A stretch of DNA of 64,000 nt from an uncultured delta proteobacterium (lineage in GTDB: Bacteria; Desulfobacterota; Syntrophia; Syntrophales; Smithellaceae): positions 1,630,904 to 1,694,903 of the forward strand of contig CAWKNI010000007.1 in the NCBI GenBank assembly GCA_963851005.1, read 5' to 3'. Both the position numbers and the translations under genes were made by a program. This document shows positions 40,568 to 49,085 of the stretch, in pieces. Under the pieces are notes generated by a model. It ran no database searches. It worked only from the letters and a program-made list of their open reading frames with translations, and was not told the DNA's origin. Numbering within the stretch: the stretch's first letter is position 1; each line of letters begins with the position of its first letter.

Positions 40568-40630
40568 TGAATTAGAAATGCTCTCCATCGCTGATTCCGC
40601 TGCATACTCATTTGGAGACACAAATATATG

Positions 40631-40761
40631 TTATACCAATTTTAAATCAAAGCGCTATTTTTGTTGGCTTCGTTGTCGGCTTCCTCAACGTATGTATACA
40701 ATACGCCTCGTCGCCTCCGCCTAGCCGCCTCAATATCATCTTTAATTTAGAAATGGTATTA
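40631..40761 (+). repeat. ~129-bp MITE-like repeat, copy E
   Basis: Same orientation and near-identity to copy B, with TTA on both flanks. Confidence 0.9.
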
Positions 40762-40861
40762 CTTGCCGGCATTAACAATCATAAATAATTATATTTTAAT
40801 AATTGTTTGAATGTGTTACTCAAATATTTATATTTTAGAGGGGACAAAAAGTAATTTTAAC

Positions 40862-42679
40862 ATGAACATATTAGGAATATCTGCATTCTATCACGACAGC
40901 GCTGCTTGCCTGGTGCGTGACGGCGACATTATCGCGGCGGCGCAGGAGGAGCGCTTTACCAGAAAAAAACATGATTTTTCTTTTCCGGCGAAGGCGATAG
41001 ATTATTGTCTGGAAACAGGAAAAATAAGCAGCGAATCATTAGATTATATTGCTTTTTATGACAAGCCTTTTATTAAATTCGAGCGTATTTTGGAAACTTA
41101 TCTGGCATTTGCTCCCTACGGCATTCAATCATTTATCATGGCAATTCCTCTCTGGATAAAACAAAAGCTGTGGATGAAGGAATTCATTAAGAAGCAGTTG
41201 GGCTATGAAGGAAAAATAATTTTCCCGGAGCATCATGAATCTCATGCTGCTTCAGCTTTTTTTGCTTCGCCTTTTCCCGAAGCGGCATTTCTTACAATAG
41301 ACGGCGTCGGCGAATGGACGACCACCAGTTACGGTATCGGGAAAAATAATCAAATTCAAATACTTTCCGAAATTCATTTTCCACACTCGCTGGGACTTTT
41401 CTATTCGGCATTTACTTATTATACCGGGTTTAAAGTTAATTCCGGGGAATATAAGGTTATGGGACTTGCACCATACGGAACACCTAAATATAAGGATTTG
41501 ATACTCTCTGAATTGATGGATTTAAAAGAGGACGGCTCCTTTAAGTTAAACATGAAATACTTTGACTATTGCGCTGGCCTAACCATGACCAACAGGAAAT
41601 TTGACAAGCTTTTCGGCGGGCCGCCCCGTAAACCTGAATCAGATGTTACCCAAAGAGATATGGATCTGGCTCGTTCCGTTCAGGATGTGACAGAAGAAGT
41701 GATGCTGCGCATGGCCCGTCATATTCATAGCGAAACGAAGCAGAAGAACCTTTGTCTAGCGGGAGGAGTGGCTCTTAATTGTGTGGGAAACGGAAAAATT
41801 CTACGGGAAGGACCCTTTGATAATATATGGATACAACCGGCAGCCGGTGACGCCGGGGGTGCTCTTGGGGCCGCTCTTTTTGTCTGGTATCAGTATCTGG
41901 ATAATCAGCGAACGGCAAATAACCGAAAAGATTTTATGAAGGCGTCACTTCTCGGACCTGAATATAGCAATGAGCAGATCTTTCAATATCTGAATGCCAA
42001 CAACATCGCTTACACCGAATTATCCCCGGAGGAAATACCTGCCGGAATTGCCGATCTGATAGCCCAGCAAAAGACAATCGGATGGTTTCAGGGAAGGATG
42101 GAATTTGGACCGCGCGCCTTAGGTGCCCGTTCAATTATTGGTGACGCCCGGTCTCCTAAAATGCAGGAAATCATGAACCTCAAAATAAAATTTCGGGAAA
42201 GTTTCCGTCCTTTCGCTCCCAGCGTTCTTCAGGAAAAAGCCGCCGATTTCTTCGATATTGACAGGGAAAGTCCCTATATGCTATTAGTCGCGCCGGTTAA
42301 AGAAAACATCCGCAGAGCAATGACCAGACAGGAACAGGAATACTTCGGACTGGATAAATTGCATGTTGTTCGTTCCAGCATTCCGGCGGTAACACACGTG
42401 GACTACTCAGCTAGAATACAAACCGTGACCAGTGAAGACAATCCCATATACTACGAAATGATTGACAAATTTGCAGAGAAACACAAATGTCCGGTAATCA
42501 TTAATACATCCTTCAATGTTCGCGGAGAACCTATTGTCTGCACACCCCAAGACGCGTATCTGTGTTTTATGAGAACAAATATGGATTATCTTATTATGGG
42601 CAATTATCTATTAAACAAAGAAAATCAAAAACCACTGAGTAATGATATCAACTGGCTGAAGAAGTACGAAAACGACTAG
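40862..42679 (+). CDS. Carbamoyltransferase (NodU/CmcH family)
   Basis: The start at MNILGISAFYHDSAA is typical of the family. Other matches are HHESHAASAF and NTSFNVRGEPIVCTP. Confidence 0.9.
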   Translation: MNILGISAFYHDSAACLVRDGDIIAAAQEERFTRKKHDFSFPAKAIDYCLETGKISSESLDYIAFYDKPFIKFERILETYLAFAPYGIQSFIMAIPLWIKQKLWMKEFIKKQLGYEGKIIFPEHHESHAASAFFASPFPEAAFLTIDGVGEWTTTSYGIGKNNQIQILSEIHFPHSLGLFYSAFTYYTGFKVNSGEYKVMGLAPYGTPKYKDLILSELMDLKEDGSFKLNMKYFDYCAGLTMTNRKFDKLFGGPPRKPESDVTQRDMDLARSVQDVTEEVMLRMARHIHSETKQKNLCLAGGVALNCVGNGKILREGPFDNIWIQPAAGDAGGALGAALFVWYQYLDNQRTANNRKDFMKASLLGPEYSNEQIFQYLNANNIAYTELSPEEIPAGIADLIAQQKTIGWFQGRMEFGPRALGARSIIGDARSPKMQEIMNLKIKFRESFRPFAPSVLQEKAADFFDIDRESPYMLLVAPVKENIRRAMTRQEQEYFGLDKLHVVRSSIPAVTHVDYSARIQTVTSEDNPIYYEMIDKFAEKHKCPVIINTSFNVRGEPIVCTPQDAYLCFMRTNMDYLIMGNYLLNKENQKPLSNDINWLKKYEND

Positions 42680-42683
42680 CAAA

Positions 42684-43103
42684 ATGGCGATTAGCGAAGA
42701 AATCAAAAATATTAAAGGCAATAAATCCGAATGGAAAAAATTCGGAATTACAATGGGTACAATCTTGACTATTATCGGATTTTTTTTGCTTTGGAAAAAA
42801 AATGATAATTACGACTATATTTTATATTTGGCTGCAGCTTTTTTTATCATAGGTTTATTTTCCCCCTCCGTATTGAAACCCGTTTACAAAGTATGGATGG
42901 TTCTGTCTGTGGTTATGAGCTTTATTATGACCAGAGTAATCATGGTTGTTATCTTCTATCTGATAGTAACACCCGCCGGGCTAATAGCTTCCCTGACAGG
43001 AAAGAAATTTCTGGATATGAAGATTGACAAGAGCGTAAAAAGCTACTGGATTGCCAGAGAAAAAACTCTAAAGGTAAAATCTGACTATGAAAGACAGTTT
43101 TAA
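42684..43103 (+). CDS. SxtJ-like small membrane protein
   Basis: 139 aa with 3 TM segments, immediately downstream of the carbamoyltransferase as in the conserved NodU-SxtJ-DUF5989 arrangement. Confidence 0.55.
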   Translation: MAISEEIKNIKGNKSEWKKFGITMGTILTIIGFFLLWKKNDNYDYILYLAAAFFIIGLFSPSVLKPVYKVWMVLSVVMSFIMTRVIMVVIFYLIVTPAGLIASLTGKKFLDMKIDKSVKSYWIAREKTLKVKSDYERQF

Positions 43104-43313
43104 GTGGAGCTCCCTCCGACAGGAGCCGGAGGCTCCCTATAGTGAAACTCCCCGCGGCAAGCCGCGGGGCATCTTTAACAGCAAGGAGGGGGATTGCATC
43201 CCCCTTACCCCTGCACCGCATTCATCCCCGCCATTAATGGCGGGGTATTCTGCGGAAGTTTCATAAACGCGACCTCCCACGGCTGAAGCCGGGAGATTCC
43301 AAGACGCGGGATT
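43104..43313. repeat. Block of REP-like hairpins inserted between the SxtJ-like and DUF5989-like genes
   Basis: The block contains gtggagctccctccgacaggagccggaggctccc, ccccgcggcaagccgcgggg, gggggattgcatccccc, ccccgccattaatggcgggg, and an inverted copy of the 17108/61482 unit. Confidence 0.8.
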
Positions 43314-43342
43314 AAAAATAATTTAGCGAGGTATTAGAAGGC

Positions 43343-43501
43343 ATGAGTAAATTATCAATATTATCAGAGTTATGGGACTTTTTAAAAGTCAGAAAGAAAT
43401 GGTGGATTGTTCCTATTATTTTTTTTCTGCTGATAATCGGCATAATGCTGTTTTTGGCAGAAGGATCAGCCGTGGCTCCGTTTATCTATACATTATTTTA
43501 A
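43343..43501 (+). CDS. DUF5989-like 52-aa membrane peptide (not in the ORF track)
   Basis: MSKLSILSELWDFLKVRKKWWIVPIIFFLLIIGIMLFLAEGSAVAPFIYTLF matches the characteristic ELW.FL...KKWW...P.IYTLF pattern. Confidence 0.7.
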   Translation: MSKLSILSELWDFLKVRKKWWIVPIIFFLLIIGIMLFLAEGSAVAPFIYTLF

Positions 43502-43532
43502 TTTTCCGAAAAAGAAAAGAAAGAACGTGCCT

Positions 43533-44720
43533 ATGCTAGATCCGGAAAAATTATCGGCTCAAAAAAGAATAGTAAATTTTTTAATCAATATACTGTTGTT
43601 AATCGTATCTCTTTGTGTTGCCGTTATCATTGTAGAAATAACTCTGCCCCTGCTGAAAATTCGTAATATTGAAGAAGCTGTTTATCAGGTAAGAAGGCCT
43701 GTGGTTCAAGGCATCTACGGCGCTTATCATCCTCAACTCGGATATGTTCTGCAAAAAAATCTGCATAACATTAGGTTATATTATCCGGGGCAACTCGACT
43801 ATACAGTGGACACAAACGCCTACGGTTTCCGCGGCCCGGACTGGGATTTATCTGCAAGCAGAAAAAATATAGTTATCTTGGGAGATTCATTTGCTTTTGG
43901 TTGGGGCGTCCAATGGGAGCAAACCATGGGCGAAATTCTGGAAAAGAAGTTACGGAAAATTGATCCTGCTTATCAAATTATAAATCTGGCCATACCGGGC
44001 AGGGATATAGATATGGTTGTCCGTTCTTTTGAGTTATATAAAGATTTATTAAAGCCCGTCGCAGTTATTTATGTTTTTTGTCCCAATGATTTATTATGCG
44101 GCATTAAGAAAATATCAGCAACCAATTATGATATAGAATATCATCCGCAGCCCAATGATGAAAAAAATTTTCAGGCAATGGTTGCACGCCAGCAACCAAG
44201 TTACTGGTCATGGGATAAGTTTTTTCGTCGTTCTTACGTTAAAGCTTATCATGCCCGCGTTCTTAGGCGTTTATTTGACAGGAGAATTCGCGCTTCTCTC
44301 AGCATGGACAAGGCCCCAACTGGTTTTGATTTTCCCCCGCCCATTGATGCGCCCAAAAAAAGTACTCTGGACGAGGAACATAAACAGTTCGGATTATATT
44401 GCCTTAACCGTCTCCGCAAGGATGCAGGCAATACCCATCTTTATATAATAGATACTTCAGACAAGTCCATTTTATATCTTAAAGATAAGCCCGATAACCG
44501 AAGGTGGGTTTTACTTGAGTTTAGCGAGAAAAACAAAAATAGAGTTTCATTTATTGACTTTGAAAGTTTTGTCCGCAACACACCGGACGGACGGAAATTT
44601 TATCAGGATTATGACGACCATTGGTCTGCCGCAGGACACGCGGCTGCAGCTAATATGCTTTTGAAAGAAATAATCCTTAAACAGGGTTTAAAAAATATTT
44701 CGACACGAGAAAGGAGTTAA
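43533..44720 (+). CDS. Membrane-anchored SGNH/GDSL-type hydrolase (AlgX/AlgJ-like)
   Basis: An N-terminal TM segment, VILGDSFAFGWG (block I) and DDHWSAAGH (block V). Confidence 0.7.
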   Translation: MLDPEKLSAQKRIVNFLINILLLIVSLCVAVIIVEITLPLLKIRNIEEAVYQVRRPVVQGIYGAYHPQLGYVLQKNLHNIRLYYPGQLDYTVDTNAYGFRGPDWDLSASRKNIVILGDSFAFGWGVQWEQTMGEILEKKLRKIDPAYQIINLAIPGRDIDMVVRSFELYKDLLKPVAVIYVFCPNDLLCGIKKISATNYDIEYHPQPNDEKNFQAMVARQQPSYWSWDKFFRRSYVKAYHARVLRRLFDRRIRASLSMDKAPTGFDFPPPIDAPKKSTLDEEHKQFGLYCLNRLRKDAGNTHLYIIDTSDKSILYLKDKPDNRRWVLLEFSEKNKNRVSFIDFESFVRNTPDGRKFYQDYDDHWSAAGHAAAANMLLKEIILKQGLKNISTRERS

Positions 44721-44722
44721 AA

Positions 44723-46012
44723 ATGAAAGATGTTGTAATTGTAAGCGGAGCCCGAACGGCAATAGGCGAATTCGGTGGATCATTAAAAGACATAAGAACC
44801 GTTGATATCGGAGCATTGGTCATCAAGGAAGCGCTCAAACGCGCTGGACTTCGACCGTCAATCGATGATTTTTCCAAAAGCTGCCGCGCTGACGCTCTGG
44901 GCAGTTTTGAAATGACGGAAATCAATAAAAAATATTATGACTATGATAAATCCCTGCAACCTGTTTACGTGGATGAAGTAATCATGGGCAATGTTTTACA
45001 GGGGGGACTGGGACAAAATGCCGCTCGGCAGGCCTGCATTTTCGCCGGAATGCCGGAAGAAACCAACGCCTATACAGTAAATAAAGTATGCGCCTCCGGA
45101 ATGAAAGCCATTGCCCTAGCCGCGCAGGCAATTCAGTCCGGCAACGCTGATATTATTGTCGCCGGCGGAATGGAAGTAATGAGCAATGCACCCTTTGCCT
45201 TACCACAGGCTCGCTGGGGATACCGTATGAGCATGCCCTTTTCCCAAATTACCGACTTGATGGTCTATGACGGCCTTTATGAAATTTTCAACGGTTATCA
45301 CATGGGCATGACCGCGGAAAATATCGCGGCCCTTTACAAAATTTCACGCCAGAAGCAGGACGAATTTGCTTTTCAAAGTCACCAAAGAGCCAGAACGGCC
45401 AACGCCTCCGGCGCGGTAGCCGATGAAATTGTATCTGTTGTCATCCCGCAGAAAAAAGGCGATCCCAAAATATTTAAAGTTGATGAACGTCCAATGGATA
45501 CTTCGCTGGAAAAGATGAGCAAATTGGCTACCGTTTTCAAAAAAGATGGCACAGTAACGGCGGGAAACGCGTCCGGCATTAATGACGGCGCAGCGGCTGT
45601 GGTTGTCATGAGCGCCGAAAAGGCCAAGGAGCTAAAACTTCAACCTCTGGCCAAAATCAGCGGCTTTGCCAGTGGCGGAGTTGATCCGGCATATATGGGT
45701 CTTGGGCCGATTCCGGCAACACGCAAACTTTTCAAAAAACTTAATCTAACAGTAAAGGATATTGACCTTTTTGAATTAAATGAAGCTTTTGCCGTGCAGG
45801 CGCTGGCCTGCATGAAAGAACTGGCAGTTGATGTGGACAAATGCAATCTCAACGGCGGCGCGGTTTCTCTGGGACATCCCATCGGCTGTTCAGGAGCCCG
45901 TATTACCTACACACTGGCCATGCAGATGAAAAAGAAAAATTTAAAACGCGGTCTTGCCTCACTGTGCATCGGCGGCGGTCAGGGCATGTCCATGATTCTG
46001 GAAAATATTTAA
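44723..46012 (+). CDS. Acetyl-CoA C-acetyltransferase (thiolase)
   Basis: 429 aa with VNKVCASGMKA (active-site Cys), NLNGGAVSLGHPIGCSGARI and CIGGGQG. Confidence 0.9.
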   Translation: MKDVVIVSGARTAIGEFGGSLKDIRTVDIGALVIKEALKRAGLRPSIDDFSKSCRADALGSFEMTEINKKYYDYDKSLQPVYVDEVIMGNVLQGGLGQNAARQACIFAGMPEETNAYTVNKVCASGMKAIALAAQAIQSGNADIIVAGGMEVMSNAPFALPQARWGYRMSMPFSQITDLMVYDGLYEIFNGYHMGMTAENIAALYKISRQKQDEFAFQSHQRARTANASGAVADEIVSVVIPQKKGDPKIFKVDERPMDTSLEKMSKLATVFKKDGTVTAGNASGINDGAAAVVVMSAEKAKELKLQPLAKISGFASGGVDPAYMGLGPIPATRKLFKKLNLTVKDIDLFELNEAFAVQALACMKELAVDVDKCNLNGGAVSLGHPIGCSGARITYTLAMQMKKKNLKRGLASLCIGGGQGMSMILENI

Positions 46013-46026
46013 TAAATAAATTTTAA

Positions 46027-46056
46027 AAGAGGGTGGATTATTCCACCCTCTTTTTT
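46027..46056 (+). terminator. Rho-independent terminator
   Basis: aagagggtgga-tta-ttccaccctctt forms the stem-loop, followed by tttt. Confidence 0.85.
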
Positions 46057-46120
46057 GTCCGATTTTTAAGTTTTGAGCGATTGTTTTGAGTCTCTCAATA
46101 AGTAACCAAGGAGCACATCA

Positions 46121-47764
46121 ATGTCATTACATCTCAATAAACTGCAGTCCTTTCACGGGAGAAAAGGCCCCGTTCTGTTAATTATCATGGACGGCATAGG
46201 GATAGGAAAACCGGATGAAACAAACGCTGTTCACATGGCCAGTACACCCAACCTCGATCAGTTATTCAAATCCGATTTATACACTCAATTGAATGCCCAC
46301 GGCACGGCAGTTGGATTGCCCTCAGATGATGATATGGGAAACAGCGAGGTGGGACACAATGCTATCGGTGCCGGCAGGGTCTTTGATCAGGGCGCTCGGC
46401 TTGTAAATACAGCGCTCAAGACAGGAAGTATCTTTCAGTCGGCGGTTTGGGATAATATCGCCAAGCGTGCCCAAAAAGGAGGAACTATCCATTTCATTGG
46501 GTTATTGTCGGATGGGAATGTCCATTCGCATATTGAGCAGTTGTTCATCATGATTGACAAGTGCGCTGAGCTAAATTTCAAGAGGGTCAGGATTCATGTC
46601 CTTCTTGATGGGAGGGATGTGGGAGAGAAGACGGCGCTGGATTATGTTATTCCTACGGAGGAAAAACTGAAAAAAATTTCAGAGGAAAAAGGTATTGATT
46701 ACGCCATAGCGTCAGGAGGCGGACGCATGAAGGTAACCATGGACCGGTACAATTCCGACTGGAATATCGTCAAAAAAGGATGGGATGCCCATGTTCTGGG
46801 GATAGGCAGAACGTTTTCATCCGCTTCCGAGGCGGTAAAAACTTTCTACGCGGAAGATCCGCAAGCAACGGATCAGTATCTGCCCGCGTTTGTTATAACC
46901 GATAGTTCGGGGATGCCTATTGGGACTATCCATGACGGAGATGCCGTGATCTTTTTCAACTTCCGGGGTGACCGCGCCATCGAGATATCAAGAGCATTCA
47001 CCGAAAAGGAATTCGCTGAATTCGAGAGGGGACCTCTTCCTGATATATTTTATGCGGGAATGATGGAGTATGACGGGGATGCTCATATCCCCCCCAATTT
47101 TCTTGTACAACCTCCGGCTATCGACCGTACTATCAGCGAATACCTCTGCGCGGAAAAGGTAAAAACCTTTGCCGTATCTGAAACTCAGAAGTTCGGCCAT
47201 GTTACTTACTTCTGGAACGGCAACCGTTCCGGTTATATTGATGAATCGCTGGAAAAATATGTGGAGATACCTTCCGACAGGATTGAGTTTGACAAGGTCC
47301 CGAAGATGAAGGCCAAAGAGATAACGGATACGGTTATAGACTTGCTGAAAAGTGGTGATTACAGATTCGGACGGCTCAATTATCCGAACGGTGATATGGT
47401 CGGGCACACTGGTATGATGGATGCAGCCATTATTGCCGTGGAGACAGTGGATAAGTGCGTCGGCAAACTGCTGGCTGTTATCAAGAAGATAGGGGGGATT
47501 GCCGTTATTACAGCGGATCATGGCAACGCGGATGAGATGTTCACCATAGACAAAAAGGGTGCAAAATCAGTAAAGACAGCACATTCCCTGAATCCTGTGC
47601 CTTTTATCATCTTTGATCCCCTGTATCAGGGTGAATACCGGATGGCTAATCTTAAAGAAAAAGGTCTGTCCAATATTGCAGCAACTCTTTTGAATCTTCT
47701 GGGGTACGATAAACCTGAAGACTATGACCAGTCATTGATAGAAATAGTGTCCACCGGAAATTAA
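46121..47764 (+). CDS. gpmI: 2,3-bisphosphoglycerate-independent phosphoglycerate mutase
   Basis: 547 aa with MGNSEVGHNAIGAGR (catalytic Ser), LLSDGNVHSH and TADHGNA. Confidence 0.9.
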   Translation: MSLHLNKLQSFHGRKGPVLLIIMDGIGIGKPDETNAVHMASTPNLDQLFKSDLYTQLNAHGTAVGLPSDDDMGNSEVGHNAIGAGRVFDQGARLVNTALKTGSIFQSAVWDNIAKRAQKGGTIHFIGLLSDGNVHSHIEQLFIMIDKCAELNFKRVRIHVLLDGRDVGEKTALDYVIPTEEKLKKISEEKGIDYAIASGGGRMKVTMDRYNSDWNIVKKGWDAHVLGIGRTFSSASEAVKTFYAEDPQATDQYLPAFVITDSSGMPIGTIHDGDAVIFFNFRGDRAIEISRAFTEKEFAEFERGPLPDIFYAGMMEYDGDAHIPPNFLVQPPAIDRTISEYLCAEKVKTFAVSETQKFGHVTYFWNGNRSGYIDESLEKYVEIPSDRIEFDKVPKMKAKEITDTVIDLLKSGDYRFGRLNYPNGDMVGHTGMMDAAIIAVETVDKCVGKLLAVIKKIGGIAVITADHGNADEMFTIDKKGAKSVKTAHSLNPVPFIIFDPLYQGEYRMANLKEKGLSNIAATLLNLLGYDKPEDYDQSLIEIVSTGN

Positions 47765-47767
47765 TGA

Positions 47768-47789
47768 GTGGAGCCCCCTCCACTTTTTC
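47768..47789 (+). terminator. Rho-independent terminator
   Basis: gtggag-cccc-ctccac forms the stem-loop, followed by ttttt. Confidence 0.7.
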
Positions 47790-47875
47790 CTGTATGAAAG
47801 GATTGACAATAATCAGCATTCCCGTATATATTGACAAAGAAGAAATATTTCAAAATACTATTGGAGGTAAAGCAC

Positions 47876-48004
47876 ATGGCTGAGGAAATAAAAAATAAAC
47901 CGCCTATAACCCTGACGGAGAAAATAGCCACGGCACTCCTGATAGCTTATGTGATCTCGCTTATCTGGTTGGCGGGAAGCTCACACTGGCTAGGAATCTG
48001 GTAA
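47876..48004 (+). CDS. Possible 42-aa membrane peptide (not in the ORF track)
   Basis: A ggaggt RBS lies 7 nt upstream. The peptide is MAEEIKNKPPITLTEKIATALLIAYVISLIWLAGSSHWLGIW, with a TTGACA-N16-TATATA promoter-like pair at 47803-47830. Confidence 0.35.
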   Translation: MAEEIKNKPPITLTEKIATALLIAYVISLIWLAGSSHWLGIW

Positions 48005-48094
48005 ATCTTTTTTACCCTCATGGGGATTTAAAAGTCCTACGTTCTACGTTCTAGGTTTAATAACTTTGACCCTTGAACGTAGAACAGTGAACTT

Positions 48095-48877
48095 TTACTT
48101 TCCTGTAAACGTCGGTTTTCTCTTTTCCAAAAACGCCTTCATGCCTTCTTTCTGATCCTGCGTGCTGAAGCACTGCGCACAGCATTCTATTTCCAGCTTA
48201 TTGGCGTTATCCAGCGCCAGGTCATAACCATAATTAATGCTGTATTTGGCCATCTTTAAAGCAAAAGCCGGCATGGACGCCAGTTTCTTGGCGAATTTTT
48301 TAGTTTCCTCCATAAGTGACGCCACGGGAAGCACTCTGTTGACCAGTCCGATTTCATATGCTCTCTGCGCGTTTATTTGTCCGCCTCCTAAAATTAGCTC
48401 TTTAGCAACGCCCGAACCAACCAGTCGCGACAGGCGCTGAGTTCCTCCCCATCCCGGAATAAGGCCGATTAATATTTCCGGCTGGCCAAAAACTGCATTT
48501 TCGGCGGCAAAGCGCATATCACAAGCCAATGATATTTCCGTTCCACCACCTAAAGCAAAACCATTAACAGCAGCAATGGAAGGCTTCGGCATAGTTTCGA
48601 TCAAACGCAATGTGTCATGGCCGGACTCCATAAATTTGAAGGCTTCCGGAGCAGAAAGATTTTGCATCTGAGCAATATCTGCTCCCGCCACAAAAGCCTT
48701 ATCCCCTGAACCGGTTAAAATCACTACTTTAATGTCTTCATCATTTTTACAGATTGTCGCCGCGTCAAAAAGCTCGGACATGGTTTCCGAATTCATTGCA
48801 TTTAAAGCTTTGGGCCGGTTAAAAGTTATTGTCGCGATTCCTTCTTCAACGTTAAATATAATATTTTTGTAATCCAT
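48095..48877 (-). CDS. Enoyl-CoA hydratase (crotonase family)
   Basis: The ATG at 48877 has an aaggagcc RBS. Motifs are FVAGADI and GFALGGGTEISLACD. Confidence 0.88.
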   Translation of the reverse strand: MDYKNIIFNVEEGIATITFNRPKALNAMNSETMSELFDAATICKNDEDIKVVILTGSGDKAFVAGADIAQMQNLSAPEAFKFMESGHDTLRLIETMPKPSIAAVNGFALGGGTEISLACDMRFAAENAVFGQPEILIGLIPGWGGTQRLSRLVGSGVAKELILGGGQINAQRAYEIGLVNRVLPVASLMEETKKFAKKLASMPAFALKMAKYSINYGYDLALDNANKLEIECCAQCFSTQDQKEGMKAFLEKRKPTFTGK

Positions 48878-49085
48878 TGGCTCCTTCTTTCTTCCGGTAG
48901 AGTGAAAATACAATATCCGTGTACCCTCACGACCGACTAATTATTAATGGTCCCATATTAGAAACGACATTTACTTCATAAAATCCCTCCTAACCTCCCT
49001 TTTGTAAAGGGAGGTACTCCCCTCTTTTCTAAAGAGGGGGTGGGGGAGATTTCTTTACCATGTCTATTTTATCCTGAGACTGTTA

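Noticed and set aside
42949-43221. 90-aa minus-strand ORF and similar ORFs spanning REP blocks (33274-33507, 58991-59197, 57269-57481)
   Set aside because: These are translations of GC-rich hairpin repeats, which typically produce spurious ORFs (RGND/AGIQ-type peptides).
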